64,000 nucleotides of DNA from Hemiscyllium ocellatum (Eukaryota): assembly GCF_020745735.1 (NCBI RefSeq), contig NC_083421.1:45933001-45997000 (forward strand), read 5' to 3'. This document shows positions 13,801-24,300 of the stretch, piece after piece. A program made the translations under genes and the position numbers. How positions within the stretch are numbered: the stretch's first letter is position 1; every line of letters starts with the position of its first letter. Below the pieces are notes generated by a model that was not told the origin of the DNA, did not search any database, and saw only the letters and a program-made list of their open reading frames with translations.

Positions 13801-15740
13801 TCTGAGGAGCATCCCACCCAGACTCACCTCCTCTGCTTACCCTATCCCTGACCCTGCATTTCCCATGGCTAATCCACCTAACCTACATATCCCTAGACAC
13901 TAAGGGCAATTTAGCATGGCCAATCCACCTAACCTGCACGTCTTTGGACTGCAGGAGACCAGAGCACCTGGAGGATAGCCACGCAGACATGGGGAGAATG
14001 TGCAAATTCCACATAGACAGTTGCCCGAGGCTGGAATTGAACCCAGGTCCCTGGCACAGAGACAACAGTGCTAACCACTAAGCTGCCCCAATTAGAACAA
14101 TAGTACAGTTGAAACTGAATCAAATTTTTTTTAAAATAAAAAAAGGTTCCACATAGCTTCTTTGTTTTTCTACTTTATCCTTGTATTAATTACGAGCAGC
14201 ATTATTCACCACTTCTGCAACCTGCCCTGGCATATTCAACAGTATTGTTGCAGATACACACCCCCACCTCCTGGAGCCCCATTTCCACAACCTTTTCAGA
14301 CTGTCCTGTCTGTCTATTTTGTAATGTCTTTGTTTTTACTATCAAAATATGTCACTTCACACTTCTATGCATTAAATTTTGTCACATGTTCACTATTCCA
14401 CCAACCTATTACTCTCCTTCTCAAAGTTCACAAAACTTCCAAACTGTGTCATTTGCAATTGCTCCCTGTAAAACTTGCTTTGACTACAAATACATATTAC
14501 AAAAGCTGTGGTTCTGGTACCAATTTCTGGGAAACCACACTATAACTTCAACTTCCAGAAACAACCATTGGAACTAATGCTCCAGTCACAGAAACAACTT
14601 CATATCCATGGTGTCACTGTACAATTTATTCCATGGGCTTCAACTTTGTAGAGAAGCTGATCATGTAATGCTTTATCAAACCCTTATTGGAAATCCACTT
14701 TGACCACAAGAATATTATTACTGTTATTAAGTGCCTCTACTACCTGAAAAAGTCAATTCTGTTTTAAACAGATGGAAAACGTGCAATTATCCAGTCTTCT
14801 GGAAACATCCCTGTACACGGAAAGAAAGTTTTAGTGCTTGTTACTCTCAGTATCCTAGGATGCATCTCGCTCAAAGTAACATTTCTTTATCCATCTTTAG
14901 GCCATCCAGCGTCACAATTATTCTCTTCCTTGAACCATTTAATAAATACCCATTAACATTTGAACAAACCACATGACATTTGAGCATTTTTAATAACTTA
15001 ACCTTTCCACAACTCGACTTTGAAAGTTTTCCACACCCGTTATGGCCAACCTTAAAACTACAGCTTCTCTTTGGGTTTAATATGCAGTGAAATCTGTCTG
15101 CCTTGACCTAATTGAAACAAAAGCTTGGATTTGGATTAGAATTAGAATTGTGATTAATCAATGACAAGATATCTCTTCGACTGAAGAAAACACCCGATTT
15201 TACGACAAACCATCCTTCCAACACCACTGAGAAGCAAATTCAATTACTTGTACCTTTGTTGAAACAAATGACATTTTACTTCAAGTGTCTCAGCTCGGGT
15301 ACACAGGTCAGGCTTCGCACCTATTAATGGTCCAATCTCCGGGAGTACTGGATTTGCACTTGTGATGTTTTGATTGTGGTGACATAACATCGTCAATGTA
15401 ATGATCCACAGAAAATAGCCCCGACGGAGCCCACCTTCCGCACATTATATTTATGTCAAAATCCAAAAGTAGACAAGTGCCATAGAACTTAGGACATAAA
15501 CAGAATATAAGGGTACAGCCTAAATCTGTAGCCTTGACAGTTCATATTGCGTCGCTACAAAATGTAATCGTCAAGTGAGGTGTCAAATCTACTTAGCAAT
15601 ATACAGATTTTTAAAAACCCTATAAAATTAAGTTCAAAAAAAGGAGAAAACAACGAAGACGATACCTTTAGGTCATTTTCCGGGAGATATTTACACTGCC
15701 GAGCTATCTCCACATACTTATCCAGGTCCAGAGGCGCCAT
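1770..15740 (-). CDS. PPP6C: Serine/threonine-protein phosphatase 6 catalytic subunit, coding exons 1-5 (3' exons lie outside the window)
   Basis: Exons 15666-15740, 3504-3599, 2537-2602, 1975-2116 and 1770-1849 splice (all GT-AG) to [93 protein letters not shown]...RGNHESRQ...DMLTVAA. PPP motifs GDIHG, GDFVDRG and RGNHE are present. Confidence 0.98.
1975..2116 (-). CDS. PPP6C: PPP6C exon 4 (GDFVDRG...RGNHE...YGFY)
   Basis: aacag acceptor, G|GTAATT donor; 142 nt. Confidence 0.97.
2537..2602 (-). CDS. PPP6C: PPP6C exon 3 ([22 protein letters not shown])
   Basis: ttccag acceptor, ATG|GTAAGT donor; 66 nt. Confidence 0.96.
3504..3599 (-). CDS. PPP6C: PPP6C exon 2 (RLCDYV...GDIHGQ)
   Basis: tttcag acceptor, CAG|GTGAGT donor; 96 nt. 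Confidence 0.97.
4030..4690 (-). mobile_element. Decayed LINE 3' fragment (CR1/L2 group)
   Basis: Resembles the common shark LINE tail (...gagaaggtggtgagctgccttcttgaac...); appears to resume at ~7300-7540. Confidence 0.55.
4697..7300 (+). mobile_element. Penelope-like element (RT and GIY-YIG remnants), interrupted by a CR1 segment
   Basis: RT-like [19 protein letters not shown] and [14 protein letters not shown]; GIY-YIG-like [17 protein letters not shown] / [11 protein letters not shown]; end with a decayed hammerhead core at ~7228-7262. Confidence 0.85.
5969..6725 (+). mobile_element. CR1/HER1 LINE RT fragment inside the PLE
   Basis: [53 protein letters not shown]. Confidence 0.92.
8763..9350 (-). 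mobile_element. Probable decayed solo LTR related to 36256-36971
   Basis: Starts TGTTATGACA and ends TTCATTACA; shares several internal blocks with the 36.3-kb element. Confidence 0.6.
11620..12130 (+). mobile_element. Old CR1 LINE 3' fragment
   Basis: Degraded CR1 ORF2 C-terminal sequence (aaacatggcagatg..., aaattatgctaaac...). Confidence 0.6.
12533..12738. mobile_element. Short palindromic PLE-derived element with a hammerhead core on each arm
   Basis: Arms 12533-12614 and 12623-12703 are imperfect reverse complements. The minus arm reads CTGACGA-A-GGAG...CTCC-GAAAGCTT. Confidence 0.7.
13737..14089 (-). mobile_element. HE1-type V-SINE inserted in a CR1 fragment
   Basis: tRNA-like head (GTGGTTAGC...GGTTCAATTCC) and V-domain; TSD AATTAGAA at 13729-13736 and 14090-14097. 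Confidence 0.88.
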
Positions 15741-16330
15741 TTTGGGACACAGACTGAGCGGGCCCCAGGCCAATGACGCGCTTCCGGTATCTAAAGCGCC
15801 GGCCGCCGGCTAAAAAAAACTGACTTCACTTTTCACCTGGCCCTGAAATGCGATCGTTCGCTAATGACTGCTTTGTGGTTTCTGAGGGTTGATCCCGTTC
15901 CATAAACCGCGCCGAAACTCTAATTGGGTCTATGCTCGGGAGTTTAACCCCACAGTCAGGCGCCTCCCTCTCCATCGGTTGGCTCGGTGGTAAAGTTGAA
16001 AGTTCAAGGGTTGCAGATTTTCTTTAACAACGCTCGAGGAACAAGTCGTAAGGAACGAAGGGTACGAAGCTTTCGCGACGCAGATTTATTGTTGTATTTA
16101 TAGCGAGTTAAATAAATGCCGCATCGGTTAGTCTTTGAGGTCCTGAAGATTAAACAATGGAATATGGGGGGAGAAGGGAGTTGGAAAGTGGATTATTTCA
16201 ATCTTGGCCTTCAAATCGCAATCTGGTGCTGCTGGTATTTGATATCTTTCCAGGGACCCCACACGTATGAGATTATTTTTAATCTTTGTTATATTCGTGT
16301 ATTGTTGCGCGAAAGCAGGAGTGACACGAA
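15650..16330. promoter_or_regulatory. CpG-rich bidirectional promoter shared by PPP6C and RABEPK
   Basis: Local CpG enrichment. YY1-like CAAAATGGCG overlaps the PPP6C ATG. CCAAT (15770-15774), TGACG and ETS CTTCCGG (to ~15788) are clustered. Gene arrangement is head-to-head. A RABEPK non-coding exon 1 is expected here (candidate donors ~16048 or ~16062). Confidence 0.75.
15666..15740 (-). CDS. PPP6C: PPP6C coding exon 1 ([25 protein letters not shown])
   Basis: ATG at 15740; donor AAG|GTATC; 75 nt. Confidence 0.97.
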
Positions 16331-16859
16331 ATTACACATCGATCTTCCCTGTTTGGAGAAGGTCAGCGTTTGTTCAAGTATTCCCAGAGTGCTCCTTTTA
16401 AACCTAAAGAACATGAACAGGCTGATGTGAAAGTTTATAAAACAGGCATAAGTATCTAACGTTTAATCTGCTCTTCTTTGATAAGAAAGGCGCGAGGTTA
16501 AATCGATCACGAAAGCATGCAAACTAATAAAAGATAAGAAATTAAAATTGGAATAGCAATGAATGTTTCGTGATTATACTGACTTGGCGTATCGGTGCAT
16601 AATAGCAGTTTGGCGCATGGTAAGAACCTGGAAACATTGATTGTGATCTGTGAGAAAGACAGTGTAGACCTTCAAAAGGACATGGTTGAGAGTGAGTTGC
16701 TGGAAAGGCACAGAAGGGGCTCGTTCCTGATGAAGACTCCGGCCCGTAACGTCGATTTTCCTACTTCTCGGATGCTGCCTGACCTGCTGTGCTTTTCCAG
16801 TAACACACTCTGAACTCTGATCTCCAGCATGTGTAGACCTCACTGTCTCCTTCAAAAGG

Positions 16860-17585
16860 ACATGGGCAGCGTGGTGGACTTGGCAGATAAGTGGCAGAAA
16901 ATCAGACGATACGAAATAAAGGATATAGTTCTAAAGAATGCGCGACTCGAGAGACACCTGAGTGTGCATAAATCAGATTGAGAGAGTGGTTGTTAAAGCA
17001 TACAGTATCCTACATTTTATTGTTTGGAAGGATAAAATCCAAATTATGTTAAACTTATATAAACATTGGTTTGGCTTCAATTACAGTACAGTACATTACA
17101 TCCAGTTCTGTGTATTACACTCTAGAGAAGATGTGAAGGTAGAGAGAACGTAGAAAAGATTCATGAGAATAATTCCCAAGTTGAGGAACTCCAGTTATTT
17201 AAATAGATTAGTGCTGTGATAATTGTTTTGCTTGGAGGCTCGGAGGAGCTTCGTTAGATGCTATCAAAATCACGAGGGGTCTAAACAGAGTGGAGACTGG
17301 CGAAACTGGCCACTTGTGTGGAAGGTTGGAGAATAAGAAGCCATTGCTTTTGAGAAATTGGCAAAAATAGCAATGGTGATATATAAAAAAACAAAAGTTT
17401 TCGATTGGTCCCATTGAGTGGTTAGGATATGAAATGCACTGGCTGAGAGTACAGTGAAGGCAGGTTTAATAAAGGCATTCAAAAGAAAGAATGTGCAGAA
17501 TTAGAGGGAGGATGCAAGAGAATGTCATGAAGTAAGTTGCGAATTTTGAGAGCCACTACAACATGATGGTTTGAATGGCCTTCTG
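16860..17585 (+). mobile_element. CR1 LINE 3' fragment
   Basis: gataagtggcag... and gtggttaggatatgaaatgcactgg, typical of CR1 3' regions. Confidence 0.7.
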
Positions 17586-17797
17586 TGAAACCGGAGTGAA
17601 TAATATAGTGGTTGTCCGTCAACTGATATCAGAGTGAGACTTTGTGTGTTCATTTTTTAACTCCATCCCAAGAATTGGTAAGAAATCTTGAATGAATGAG
17701 AAAACAGATTCAAAATTTCAGACAGCTGTTGACAGGTAGTTTGCAACATGTACATGCATCAATCGAAGTCATAATGCCAATGTCAGATTTTGTAAAG

Positions 17798-18170
17798 ATG
17801 TGGAGATGTCAGTGTTGGACTGGGATGGACAAAATTGGAAGTCATGTGACACCTTGTTTTAAGTCCAGCATTCCTGATGAAGGGCTTGTGCCCGAAACAT
17901 CGATTCTCCTGCTCTTCGGATGCTGCCTGACCTGCTGTGCTTTTCCAGTGCCACTCTTTAGGACTCTGATCTCCAGCATCTGCAGTCTTTGCTTTCTCCT
18001 GTAAGTCATGCAGGTTTATTCAAAATCACAAGCTTTCAGAGCACTGCTCTTTTGTCAGGTAAAGTCTGACAAAGTTTTCACCTGACAAAGGAGCAGTGCT
18101 CTGAAAGCTTGTGATTTTACTAAATCTGTTGGACTATAACCTGGTGCCATGTGACTTCAGATTTTATAAA
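17798..18170. mobile_element. Second palindromic PLE-derived element, with another PLE end (17871-18001) inserted
   Basis: Arms ~18022-18063 and ~18077-18118 match at about 40/42. The insert carries CTGATGAAGGGCTTGTGCCCGAAAC and is flanked by a TAAGTC duplication. Confidence 0.7.
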
Positions 18171-18331
18171 AGTGATAAATTACTTTATGGTCACATTGAG
18201 ACTATAATATGCTGTGCTGTAGTTTGATTTCATGTTAATATTATTTAATGCAAGTAATTTTTACACATTGATAATGTAAAAGTTTAAGTATTCAATATCT
18301 GACAGTTTTATTCCAGATTTCTCAAAAGGCT

Positions 18332-18384
18332 ATGGGATTGCTGACTGTCTTGGAGCCAGGGGAAAGACCCCAAATAGCAACATG
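18332..18384 (+). CDS. RABEPK: RABEPK first coding exon (MGLLTVLEPGERPQIATW)
   Basis: Acceptor ttccag ends 18316; ATG 18332; TG|GTAGGC donor; resembles the human N-terminus MKQLPVLEPGDKPRKATW as recalled. Confidence 0.9.
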
Positions 18385-21300
18385 GTAGGCTCTCAAAGCA
18401 TGTGTATATTTAATCTGACTATATTGACGGGAATTGCAACTGTAAACTGGCACCTGTAAAACAGGGATAATGTCCCTACCTCACTTTTTTTTGTTTTATT
18501 AATTCACATGGTCATCACTAGCCAGGCCAGCATTTGTTTCCCCTCCCTATTATTATTGGTCTGGAGTCACGTGTAGGCCAGTCCAGGTAAGGATGGCAGG
18601 GAACCAGGTAGGTTTTTTTCCCAGAAATTGAGGGGTTTCGTAATCATCATTAGATTCCTAATTCCAGATTTTTTATTGGAATTAAATTCCATAATTGCTA
18701 TGGTGGAATTCAAACTTAGATACCCAGAAAATTAGCTGTCTCATGGATTAACAGTCTAATGGGGACACACAGTGGTTTACTGGTGCTTTCTTCTGCTGTT
18801 ACAACTATACATGAATTACAAGTTTTAGGAAGATGATATATAAATCTGTACAGTACTACTTGCCATTTCACTTAAAAAAGACACTAGAGAACATGCAAAA
18901 ATATTTATGGAATTAAAAGCAGAAAATCCGTTTTCACAGGAGTTCTGTATAGCTTCTTGTTGAAACTCATGCTGTTTATGATGTATGTTATGATTTGAAT
19001 TTAAATGTAAGGGTAAGATCAAGAATTTCACATATGGAACAGAAATTAGTATGGTGGTAAATAGTGTAAAGGGTAACCATAACTCTGTGAAGTCATCAAA
19101 AGACTAGTTAACTGGGCAGAACAATGTAAGTTGGAATTCAATCTAGTATACTGTAGGTAATGCACTTGGAGAGGGATTTCAAGGCAAGGAATTACACTAA
19201 ATGTATTGAGGTAAGCAACGGAGGAAATTGCTGGAATGTGGTACGAAATCTTTGTATCCTCTTTAGTTACAGATGAGGTCCCAGAGGACTGGAGAATAGT
19301 CAATGTTGTTATTTTATTTAAGAAAGGAATCAGGAATAATCCAGGAATTTACAGTCTGGTAACAGGCTTGGTTGTAGACGACAGAGAATAGTAGTGGAAA
19401 GATCTGTGACCAGTGGTGTTCCATAGGGATCAGTCCTGGGATCCCTGTTGTTTGTAATATGTATAAATGATTTGAAAGAGAATGTAGATGCTCTGATTAG
19501 TAAGTTTGTGGATGACACAATGGTTGGGGGAGCTGCAGATAGTGAGAAAGACTGCCAGATTATATAGATTGGCTGGAGACTGGTTGGAGAAATGTCCAGA
19601 TTAAATTCCATCTGCCAAAATGTGAGGTGATGCATTTTGGAATGTGTAATGTAAGAAGGAAGTATACAGTAAATGGCAGATCCTTTAACATTAATATACA
19701 GAGGGATCTAGGCTTACAGGTCCACAGTTTCCTGGAAGTGGAAATGCACCTGGATAAGGTAGCCAAGAAGGCATATGGGAATGCTTGCTTTCATCACCCA
19801 GGGCGTAGAGCATACAAATTGGCAAGTCGTGTTGCAGCCGTAAAGAACTGGAGTAAGGCCACATTTGGAATATAACATAGAGTTCTAGTCACTGCGCTAC
19901 CATAAGGTTTTTAGATTCCCTACAGTGTGGAAACGGGCCCTTCGGCCCAACAAGTCCACACCGACCCTCCAAAGAGTAACCCACCTACACTCATTTCCCT
20001 CTGACTAATGCACCTAAAACTATGGGCAATTTAGCATGGCCAGTTCACCTGACCTGCACATCTTTGGACTGTGGGGGGAAACTGGAGCACCCGGAGAAAA
20101 CCCACGCAGACACAGGGAGAATGTGCAAATTCCACACAAACAGTCGCCGAAGCTGGAATTGAACCTGTTGTGGAGGCTTTGGAGAGGGTACAGAAAAGGT
20201 TTACCAGGATGTTGCCTAGTTTGGAGGTATTAGCTATGAGGAGAGATTGAAATAAGTCAGTTGTTTTGATTTGAACCACGGAGGCTGAGCGGCAACCTGA
20301 TTAGGCTTACAAAATTATAAGAGGCATGGATAGTTGGAGTCTTTTACCCAGGGGAGAAATGTCAATTATTAGTGGACATAAGTTTATGATAAAAGGAGGA
20401 AAGTTTAAAAGGGATGTGAGGGGCAAGTTTTTTGCATAGAAGGTGGTAAGTGACTGGAATGCACTGCCAGAAAAGGTAGTAGAAGCAGATACAATAGCCA
20501 TGTTTAAGAAGCATCTTGACAGATACATGATAAGCAGGGAATAAATGGATGTGGACTGAGATAAAAGATGTTTAGATTAGAAGGGTATGTGTTGACAGGC
20601 TTGATGGGCTGAAGGGCATGTACCTGTGCTGTAATCTGGGAAGCTACAGCTCATCTAAGGCAGAGATTCAACATCACATCCAATCTGCGAGTACCGCCAT
20701 TGGATACCCAAGGATGACAGTCTTCGACAACTGTGACATTCATGCTGATGGCAAGATCCTGTGTATAAGGCAGTCATCCTTCTATATAGTTCCGAAACTT
20801 GTACAAAATATAAATGCCACTTCAAGGCCCTAAGATTGCATCAAAGTCAGCTCGAATTGAAACATTAGCTTGCTTTCTCTCCATGGATGCTGCCTGACTC
20901 ACTATGATCGTCAGCACTTTTTTTGTTTTCAGTACAGATTCCAGCATCTGTGGTAATTTGCTCCAACAGTGTTTGAGAAGGATTCTCCACTTCAGCTAGG
21001 CTAACTGATTTGGAGAAGGCTCCTTTATGGAGGGAGACAATTCTTTGATGTACACAGGTGAAGTGGTGCTTTCAAACAGTTTTATCAATGTCAATGTTCA
21101 GTTATTCAGTCAGTCTGAAGATTTCAACATACATATTCCTGAAGGAAAGTTTTCTGCTTTATTGGAAATAACATGGCTGGAGAAAATCAAAGGGCTGAAA
21201 TAAATCGTTTGTCAGATTGATCTGCCAGAAACTGATCTACCAGAATTTTTAAAGAAACATGCCAGTATTTTCATTAGGGATCTGGGAAGCATGGAAAAGA

Positions 21301-24300
21301 TCTGTCAGATTAAAAATCAAGGACGAGAATCAAGCAAAATGTTGCGAGGCTAAATCTTTTCCCTGTTACAATCAGATGAAAGGTTGAGGCTGAATTAGAG
21401 ATATTAGTCAAGATGGGAGTCCTTGAACAAGCCCTTCGGCCTAACAAGTCCACACTAAATCTCCAAAGAGTAACCCCCCAGACCTATTCCCCTACCTTAT
21501 ATTTACCCCTAACTAATGAACCTAAACAACATCCCTGAACACTATGGGCAATTTAGCATGGCCAAATCACGCCCATAGCTCACACTTCAATCAGAAGTCA
21601 CGCTGGCTTTCAGGAAGGATTTCCTCAGAGACTGAGAGAAGATGACAAGCAAGGATTTGGGTGATCTTTCTAGCAATGGAGAATAAGGAGATTCCTTGGT
21701 AGCTCCTACAGCCTACTTTTCTCCTTTCATGAAGTTAATGGTGTGGTGGTTGGGATCGGTTGGGGTTTTTTCTTTGTCCCAGATTTTCAGAACAGTTAAT
21801 GGAGATGAAGGATAAGCTCTGCTCCTCCAAGTCTGAACATCTTTTCTGGAATCCTGCCACTGCTGTGGCTCTTCTGTTATCCATGTATCTAATGACAGCT
21901 TCAACTTCAACATACTAGGTCGGAGTCCAAGACTGTGTGGAGGAAGTTGGGGATTTCCTCATACACATGCTCGTTGACAATTGCACCAAGGTTTCAGAGT
22001 TCTGTGGAGTGTTCCCTCCTTTGAAGGCTGATGTTATCTCTGTGTTTCAAAAAGGTTCCATCCTTATTCTGTATTAGTTTGAGACCAAGGATATTTGGTC
22101 CATATATTACCTTGAAGGCACTGAAGAAAATCTGAGTGGTGTGCTTGTCAGCAAGGAGTTACAGCTCCTTAGCTTTCTTAGTCCACCATTCTTTCTTGAT
22201 TTCTCTAGATCTTCTTTGTTGAAGTCTGCTTTTGCTGTTTGATGACATCTCCTTTTGACTTGTGATATTATTTTGCCAGACAGAGTGCTAAATGCCTTCC
22301 TAACCAATCTGTGTACCTGTCCCATTCTAGTGGCAAGGAAATCCATGTTGATAAGGTCTGAGGGGAGAAGCCAGATGAACCACAGTGCGAGACAAGTCCT
22401 TGGTGGTGACTCAGACAGAAGATACTCATGTGATTTCAACTGTTGCAACCATACATGAAGGTTGCAACAGAGTGAGAGCCTCCAGTCGGTGAGGTTTCCT
22501 TGCCACTGGAACTAATCTGGTACCTGACATCAGTAAGAATGGAGGAAGGGTGACTAGATTTAGAGAAATGTTCTGTGGTCTAGTCAAAGAGAATTTGTGG
22601 TCTTGTCTGATGTAGCCATGTATCAAAGCTTGGAGAATGCCAATTAACATGGGGGGTTTAAATGTTTTGTAACAGTCAATAATAAAGACAGCAGAAACTC
22701 CAAACTCTAGTTGAGTAGTTTCAAAATGCTTAATCTTCCATTAAATTAAATTGAAGTATGATGTCACTGTTCAGTCCAACTTTTGAAAGTTATTGAACTG
22801 CTGCAAACGTTGTTTTCTATTTGTCAGTGTTTTTTGAAGGGAGAGAGATACTTTTTGCTCAATATTTAAAGAAAGCTAAAATTGCTGTTTTATCTCAAAG
22901 ATTTGACGTATTTAAGATAAATATAGCACACCCATATGAAACACAACATTTCCTCCATAATAATCTATAATTGTACCTACAATTGGCCTTGCGTTTTGAA
23001 TATTATAAAGAAGCAGTTGATTTGAGCTGTGGTTGGATTGCAACCAACCACGGTAAGAAATGATCATTTACTGGAGATTGTATCCCACTGTGAATAAATG
23101 TGTAAGTTTATGCAGAATTTATTGTAGCAAGTGCAGTGATTGTAACAAGATCAGCTAACTGGACCTGATTTGAGGGAGGAGTGGGCTGTTAATCTGGTCT
23201 GAGCGGGGAGCCTGGCTAACGTAACAAAGGGGAATGTCAGAGATGCTGACACGTTGATAGCTGATTCTGAATGAGGCAGTGCTAAAGTAAATAATTAATA
23301 AATACTCTGCTCATGTGTAAATAAAGGGTGACTTGTTAACAGATAATGGCCTCTGTGGAGTTATTTCAGGGAGTGAAGTACAGTCCTGAGGAAACTCATT
23401 CGCAACAGTAGGCTTTGCTTACATCACGCATTTGTTTGGGAAGCTTGACTCATTTGACCCTGCATTGAGATGTAGAACGAATCTGTTTTTTTTCTAAGCA
23501 AATGCCATGTAGCAGACAAAAAGCAATAAGCAGTTCACTTGACAGCCTGTGGAACTGCAGCTTTTTCAGTTATTAGGAGCCTAATTTTCTGATGCGCGAA
23601 GTACGAAAACATTCAAGAATTGACATAGTTAAGAAATATTACAACCCCAAGCCACCGCTAATTCTGAGATGTAATCATTTTTACTTGGCAATTGGAGAAC
23701 CAGGGGTATCTGTAGAAGGATTATTGACGAGGTTAAGACTGCTGGCAGAAGACTGTGACTTTGCTTTAATCCTTAAAATGCTTGGAAACCATCTGAGTTA
23801 TGTGGGACTAATGATGTAACTATGCAAAAATGGCTATTAGCTGAAGCCCAACTGGACTTCAATCAGGCACTACAACTGGCTTTATCATTGGAAAATGTGA
23901 CAAGTGGAGCATATGAATTGCAGGGTATTTCAATGGAAGTGGACACCTTCATCAATCTGACTGAGTTTGGGAACACCACTGATTACAAGCAATTGCATTG
24001 CCTCACTCAGGACATATCCTAATCAGAGAAACTCTAAGTCGGCCCACAGCAAAACCTCAAGACAAGTCAAGCCTCGGCCAAAATCATTTAAAACTTTCTT
24101 CGGAATCATGACCAGCCAGCCATAGTTGCTGCCAGTAAGCGGCCTCCAGACAGCAAAACAGTCCTACTAAATCTAATTTAAGTGAAATAACTCATAAGCT
24201 GGTGTCCAGGAGAGGTCATACCCTGGAAAGTCCATTTACATCTGGTTCAGAGCAGTTAAATTGCTTAGCAACATACAAATCAGGACCAGTCAAGATAAAC

